A stretch of 64,000 nt of DNA from Macrostomum hystrix (Eukaryota > Animalia > Platyhelminthes): positions 186,001 through 250,000 of the forward strand of contig CATNEN010000003.1 of assembly GCA_950097015.1 (NCBI GenBank), read 5' to 3'. The notes under the pieces are model-generated. The model searched no databases, was not told where the DNA came from, and saw only the letters and a program-made list of their open reading frames with translations. Positions within the stretch are counted from its first letter, which is position 1. Each line of letters opens with the position of its first letter. This document shows, piece by piece, positions 58,223 to 64,000 of this stretch. A program made the translations under genes and the position numbers.

Positions 58223-59992
58223 TTATTTATAAAAATTGTCTAAGCGAGACTCAATTTCGAGTTTGCTGGCCTTCGCCATTTGTTCGTAGGCTTGGCGGAG
58301 CTTTTTGGAGGCATTGTTTGGAGTCGGCTCTGCTCCGCTTACAAGCTGCCACCGGTGGAGCCAGGCACTCGACGGCGGTTTATCGAAAAATTGCACATGA
58401 ATTTTTAGAGTTCAAATGCCTTTTGTGCAGCTCGAACCGTGGCTGGGTAGGCAAACCATTGCCGGCCACCAGTTTTCTCCGTCCGTTGGCCAGTAGCCGA
58501 GAACAAGGCAGCCTGGCTGAACTTCTTGCCGCTCAACTTCTGGCCGCTTGCTCGCTGGACTAGCGGCGCTGGTGCTGGCGCTGAACTCTGGACGTCGCTT
58601 TCGAGCCAAGCGGTTACCCGGCGGCTTGGCGGAGTCGACTTTAGCGCCAGCAGCAGGCAGGTCGGCGCCAGCAGCAGACAGGTCGGCGCCAGCAGCAGAC
58701 AGGTCGGCGCCAGCAGCAGACAGGTCGGCGCCAGCAGCAGACAGGTCGGCGCCAGTAGCAGGCAGGTCGGCGCTAGCAGCAGGCAGGTCGGCGCCAGCAG
58801 TAGGCATGTCGGCGCCAGCAGCAGGCAGGTCGGCGCCAGCAGTAGGCATGTCGGCGCCAGTAGCAGGCAGGTCGGCGCCAGCAGCAGACAGGTCGGCGCC
58901 AGCAGTAGGCATGTCGGCGCCAGCAGCAGGCAGGTCGGCGCCAGCAGCAGGCAGGTCGGCGCCAGCAGCAGGCAGGTCGGCGCTAGCAGCAGCCGACGAG
59001 CTCGAGCTCGCCGTCCAATTTTTGGTGGCCTGCCGGTACGAGGTGAGCTGCTGCTGCAGCCCACCATCGAAGATGCGCTGGTAGCGCGCCGAAATCAGAA
59101 AGTTTCCGACCTTCTCAAGGGCGGAAACTGTCTGCTTCAGCATTGAGTATGTCAGGCTGTCCAAGTAGGCGCTTACCGCGCCACGCCGATCCTCGCCGAT
59201 CAGCTGCTCAAAGCTGACTATGTCGAGGCGCTGCATCAGCCGTTTCAGATAGCACCGGATTTCCCGGACCGTAGCCGGTTTTCTGCGTCCGCCGAGCGAG
59301 CTCGCTAGGAAGACGCACAGGGCCTCAACATCAGCGGCTGAAGGATGCTCGGCCACCACCGCTCTGGCCGGCACTTTTAACCTGGCGTCAGCCAGCTTTT
59401 GTTGTTTTGCCGCTCTGACAGCGACAGGATGGCTGTTGCGCAAGTGGCTGGATAATAGATTCGGATTATTCCGCCACTCGCCGCAGATGTGGCACTGCTG
59501 CGCCATCTCCGGCATCGGGCTGGCAGTCAGCTGATGGGTGTGCAGCTTAACTGCCGCACGCACAGCTTTTAAGGCCACTTTTTGAAGCGCAGCTTCAGAT
59601 GAAATTCCGGTTGCTGCTAGCTGCTGCTTTGTGCTCTCTAGCACAGTCACGTGGGATCTTTTTAGGTGCTCGCTGAAGCGGGACTTTTTTATTGGCAAGC
59701 AATTGCCGAAAGGGCAGATGTACTCTTGCCCGGCCCGCATCTTCTTCGGCTCAACGGCGGCAGGCTGTTGGACGGTGGCGGGCTGTTGGACGGTGGCGGG
59801 CTGTTGGACGGTGGCGGGCTGTTGGACGGTGGCGGGCTGTTGGACGGTGGCGGGCTGCTGGACGGTGGCGGGCTGCTGGACGGTGGCGGGCTGCTGGACG
59901 GTGGCGGGCTGCTGGACGGTGGCGGGCTGCTGGACTTTGCTGGAGGTCCATTTCTCCCATTGAAGAAGTTTTTCAATGAAGGATTTTTCCAT
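58223..59992 (-). CDS. Intronless gene: (QQPATV)n, two C2H2 fingers, helical region resembling a tyrosine-recombinase core-binding domain, (AGADLPA)n, PWWP; one in-frame TGA at 58412-58414
   Basis: 526-aa ORF continues in frame past TGA for 62 codons: TLKIHVQFFDKPPSSAW...LRQAYEQM...ESRLDNFYK*. Fingers CPFGNC..HLKRSH and CHICG..HLRNSH; PGCLVLG..WWPAMV. Confidence 0.75.
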
Positions 59993-60664
59993 TTTTTGAA
60001 ACCGAAAAATATACTTAAAATAGGATTATATGATTAAAAATGTATCTAGAGTCATGACTTAAATACGATGCCTGTGCTCAAAGGTGGGGATGAAGTCAGT
60101 CATCGGCCAATAAAAATATAGATAGCATATCATTGGTTTTGGCTTTCGACAGTCTTTGCAAAAACATAACAAGTCTCATTCAAATTTCAAATTGGAAATT
60201 GGAATTGGAATTGGAAGCACTGCTTTGCCTCCGATTTAAAATTGCGCAATCATAAATTTAGTGCAACAAAAATGCTCCTCACATAGGTGTCACCGTCTAT
60301 CATTCACCACCTCTAAACACTCGAGTCTATTTGAGTGTTCAAGTTGCGCAAACTCGACCATATTGATAATGCGTACTTCGTGAACAACTTTTTAAAAAGC
60401 CGCGAAGTATATATTATCTATTACTCAACTCAAAAAACTGTCGAGAGATAGAAAAACCGCAAATCTCACACCGCACAAAACAACCGTGCATCATGGCTCC
60501 ATAGGACCCATGGTATCCATGGCACCCATGGTATCCATGGCACCAGGATATCAAATAAAAGAAAAAATAGTTTCGTCACCAAAAAAATTGCGCCATACAA
60601 CCAAACAAATATTGCAAATCGTAAACTTTATCACTAAAAATTCGATCCTCATAAGCATCATAGG

Positions 60665-61038
60665 GGCGCCTTCTATATACAGAATCAAATAGAAGACTCA
60701 GAAATGACACTAGATGGGGCAGATATACACAGCTGCACAGATGACGCATGCGGCCTGCTTTTTCAGCAGTTTCTAACTGTCTTGAAGCGGCGCCTTCTAT
60801 ATACAGAATCAAATAGAAGACTCAGAAATGACACTAGATGGGGCAGATATACACAGCTGCACAGATGACGCATGCGGCCTGCTTTTTCAGCAGTTTCTAA
60901 CTGTCTTGAAGCGGCGCCTTCTATATACAGAATCAAATAGAAGACTCAGAAATGACACTAGATGGGGCAGATATACACAGCTGCACAGATGACGCATGCG
61001 GCCTGCTTTTTCAGCAGTTTCTGTCTTGAAGCGGCGCC
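60665..61038 (-). repeat. 124-bp tandem repeat (3 copies), inverted relative to 57955-58058
   Basis: aagactcagaaatgacactag at 60693, 60817 and 60941. Confidence 0.93.
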
Positions 61039-62061
61039 TTCTTGAGATCCGCTGCTGTCAATATACAGTAAGCAATGGATAACAAAGAAGTGACACACAA
61101 TGGGAGGGATATACAGCTATTCAAAATGACACAGACATGCTGCAAATGATAAACACTGTGAGATCCGCTGCTGTCAATATACAGTAAGCAATGGATAACA
61201 CAGAAGTGACACACAATGGGAGGGATATACAGCTATTCAAAATGACACAGACATGCTGCAAATCTTAAGCGCTGTGAAATCATTTACAGCCTCATTCACA
61301 GCCTTATTCACACTCACAACTTTATTCACAGCCTCACCCACATTCACAGCCCCACTCACATTCGCAGCCTCATTCACATCTTCACTAACATTCATAGCCA
61401 CATTTACAACCTCGTGCACAGCACAAACCTTGAGACCGAAACAGAAGCGCGATTTTTTCGACATTGCGCAACAGTTGGAGAGGCCTAAAACTGGGGGTCC
61501 TACGCCTAGCGGCATTGCGCAAGACTATTGGTTTTGTTAATGTAAGTATTGTAGTAAAAAAAGATACGTTTATCAACCTGGTGTCAATAATGAACAGTGT
61601 AGCTTCATGACTGCATGCAAAACTGTCAATCACACCTCCAACAGATAAGGACCAAAAACAGATTGAGTATTACTTACCCCAGAACTGCGTTCCTATTAAA
61701 AATAAAACACTAACACAAAAGGGGATTATTGCGCAATCATGACAATTACCTGGTTCAAGTCAAGCAAGGCATAACTTGCTTTAAAGCTAGCTCACCCTAT
61801 CTAATTCACAGCCTCATTCACATTCACTGCCTCATTCAGTGCCTCATTCACAGCCAGACTCACTGATCTAGTTTGGGTTTCGAATACTCAGTTTTTCTGC
61901 ATTTTCAATTCATTGAGTAGCCCTTGAGATCCGCTGCTGTCAATATACAGTACGCAGTGGATAACAAAGAAGTGACACACAATGGGAGGGATATACAGCT
62001 ATGCTGCAAATCTTAAGCGCTGTGAAATCATTTACAGCCTCATTCACAGCCTTATTCACAC

Positions 62062-62578
62062 TCACAACTTTTCCACAGCCTCACTCACGTTCACAGCCTC
62101 ACTCACATTCACAGCTTTATTTACAACCTTATTCACACTCACAGCTTTATTCACAGCCTCACTCACATTCACAGCCTCACTCACATTCACAGCCTCACTT
62201 ACATTCACAGCCTCACACACATTCACAGCCTCACTCACATTCACAGCCTCACTTACATTCACAGCCTCACTCACATTTACAGCCTCACTCACATTCACAG
62301 CCTCACTCACATTCACAGCCTCACTTACATTCACAGCCTCACTCACATTCACAGCCTCACTCACATTCACAGCCTCACTCACATTCACAGCCTCACTTAC
62401 ATTCACAGCCTCACTCACATTCACAGCCTCACTCACATTCACAGCCTCACTTACATTCACAGCCTCACTCACATTTACAGCCTCACTCACATTCACAGCC
62501 TCACTCACATTCACAGCCTCACTTACATTCACAGCCTCACTCACATTTACAGCCTCACTCACATTCACAGCCTCACTC
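62062..62578 (-). repeat. 18-bp minisatellite, right arm
   Basis: (agcctcactcacattcac)n. Confidence 0.95.
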
Positions 62579-64000
62579 CCGCCCTCTTCTTTCTGGCTCT
62601 CAGCTTCCTCACTTCCGCCCTCTTCTTTCTGGCTCTCAGCTTCCTCACTCCCGCCCTCTTCTTACTGGCTCTCAGCTTCCTCATCCGCCCTCTTCTTTCT
62701 GGCTCTCAGCTTCCTCATCCGCCCTCTTCTTTCTGGCTCTCAGCTTCCTCACTCCCGCCCTCTTCTTTCTGGCTCTCAGCTTCCTCACTCCCGCCCTCTT
62801 CTTTCTGGCTCTCAGCTTCCTCACTTCCGGCCTCTTCTTTCTGGCTCTCAGCTTCCTCACTCCTAACCTCTGCTTTCTGGCTCTCAGCTTCCTCACTCCC
62901 GCCCTCTTCTTTCTGGCTCTCAGCTTCCTCACTCCCGCCCTCTTCTTTCTGGCTCTCAGCTTCCTCACTCCTAACCTCTGCTTTCTGGCTCTCAGCTTCC
63001 TCACTTCCGCCCTCTTCTTTCTGGCACTCAGCTTCCTCACTTCCGCCCTCTTCTTTCTGGCTCTCAGCTTCCTCACTCCTAACCTCTGCTTTCTGGCTCT
63101 CAGCTTCCTCACTCCCGCCCTCTTCTTTCTGGCTCTCAGCTTCCTCACTTCCGCCCTCTTCTTTCTGGCTCTCAGCTTCCTCACTCCTAACCTCTGCTTT
63201 CTGGCTCTCAGCTTCCTCACTTCCGCCCTCTTCTTTCCGGCTCTCAGCTTCCTCACTCCCGCCCTCTTCTTTCTGGCTCTCAGCTTCCTCACTCCTAACC
63301 TCTGCTTTCTGGCTCTCAGCTTCCTCACTCCCGCCATCTTCTTTCTGGCTCTCAGCTTCCTCACTCCCGCCCTCTTCTTTCTGGCTCTCAGCTTCCTCAC
63401 TCCCGCCCTCTTCTTTCTGGCTCTCAGCTTCCTCACTTCCGCCCTCTTCTTTCTGGCTCTCAGCTTCCTCACTGCCGCCATCATCTTTCTGGCTCTCAGC
63501 TTCCTCACTCCCGCCCTCTTCTTTCTGGCTCTCAGCTTCCTCACTCCTAACCTCTGCTTTCTGGCTCTCAGCTTCCTCACTCCTAACCTCTGCTTTCTGG
63601 CTCTCAGCTTCTTCACTCCCGCCCTTTTCTTACGGGCTCTCAGCTTCCTCATCCGCCCTCTTCTTTCTGGCTCTCAGCTTCCTCACTCCCGCCCTCTTCT
63701 TTCTGGCTCTCAGCTTCCTCACTCCCGCCCTCTTCTTTCTGGCTCTCAGCTTCCTCACTCCCGCCCTCTTCTTTCTGGCTCTCAGCTTCCTCACTTCCGC
63801 CCTCTTCTTTCTGGCTCTCAGCTTCCTCACTCCCGCCCTCTTCTTTCTGGCTCTCAGCTTCCTCACTTCCGCCCTCTTCTTTCTGGCTCTCAGCTTCCTC
63901 ACTCCCGCCCTCTTCTTTCAGGCTCTCAGCTTCCTCACTTCCGCCCTCTTCTTTCTGGCTCTCAGCTTCCTCACGCCCGCCCTCTTCTTTCTGGCTCTCA
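62579..64000. repeat. 36-bp pyrimidine-rich minisatellite running off the window
   Basis: ccgccctcttctttctggctctcagcttcctcactc with a ctaacctctgc variant. Confidence 0.95.

Larger units (their letters stand above)
56743..62578. mobile_element. Large foldback-like structure with composite minisatellite inverted arms around a single intronless gene
   Basis: Left arm 56743-58058 (18-bp array, linker, 116-bp repeats, ~105-bp block). Inverted counterparts at 60665-61410 and 61924-62578. Confidence 0.65.

Noticed and set aside
58412-58414. Selenocysteine at the in-frame TGA
   Set aside because: Not a redox or Cys-equivalent position, and no convincing SECIS is visible downstream; a nonsense mutation is more parsimonious.
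62681-63902. Protamine-like K/R-rich ORFs (VRKLRARKKRAG)n
   Set aside because: Translation of a 36-bp satellite with frame-breaking variant units and no unique coding flanks.

Overview
Eukaryotic (animal) genomic DNA, rich in introns, minisatellites and transposable elements. GC-rich exons and a private minisatellite in most long introns suggest a flatworm such as Macrostomum, but this is inference. Host genes: the 3' exon of an unknown K/S/T-rich repeat protein with a Cys-rich tail (+), PIGG (8 exons, +), AP5M1 (+), a PHLPP homologue (13 exons, -) and an orphan class-A GPCR (3 exons, +). Mobile DNA includes a young Gypsy LTR element with an in-frame gag/protease deletion, several MITEs with clear target-site duplications (TSDs), tRNA-derived SINEs, and decayed Ingi- and RTE-type LINEs, two with remnant 2A-like motifs. 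Two foldback-type structures with minisatellite-built inverted arms are the most unusual features. The first (5.85-10.8 kb) encloses a mosaic of unrelated retroelement fragments plus a DNA-level copy of PIGG exon 1. The second (56.7-62.6 kb) encloses an intronless gene with two C2H2 fingers, a region resembling a tyrosine-recombinase core-binding domain, and a complete PWWP domain interrupted by one in-frame TGA. It may be an undescribed chromatin-reading element family. All assignments were made by eye, without database searches.
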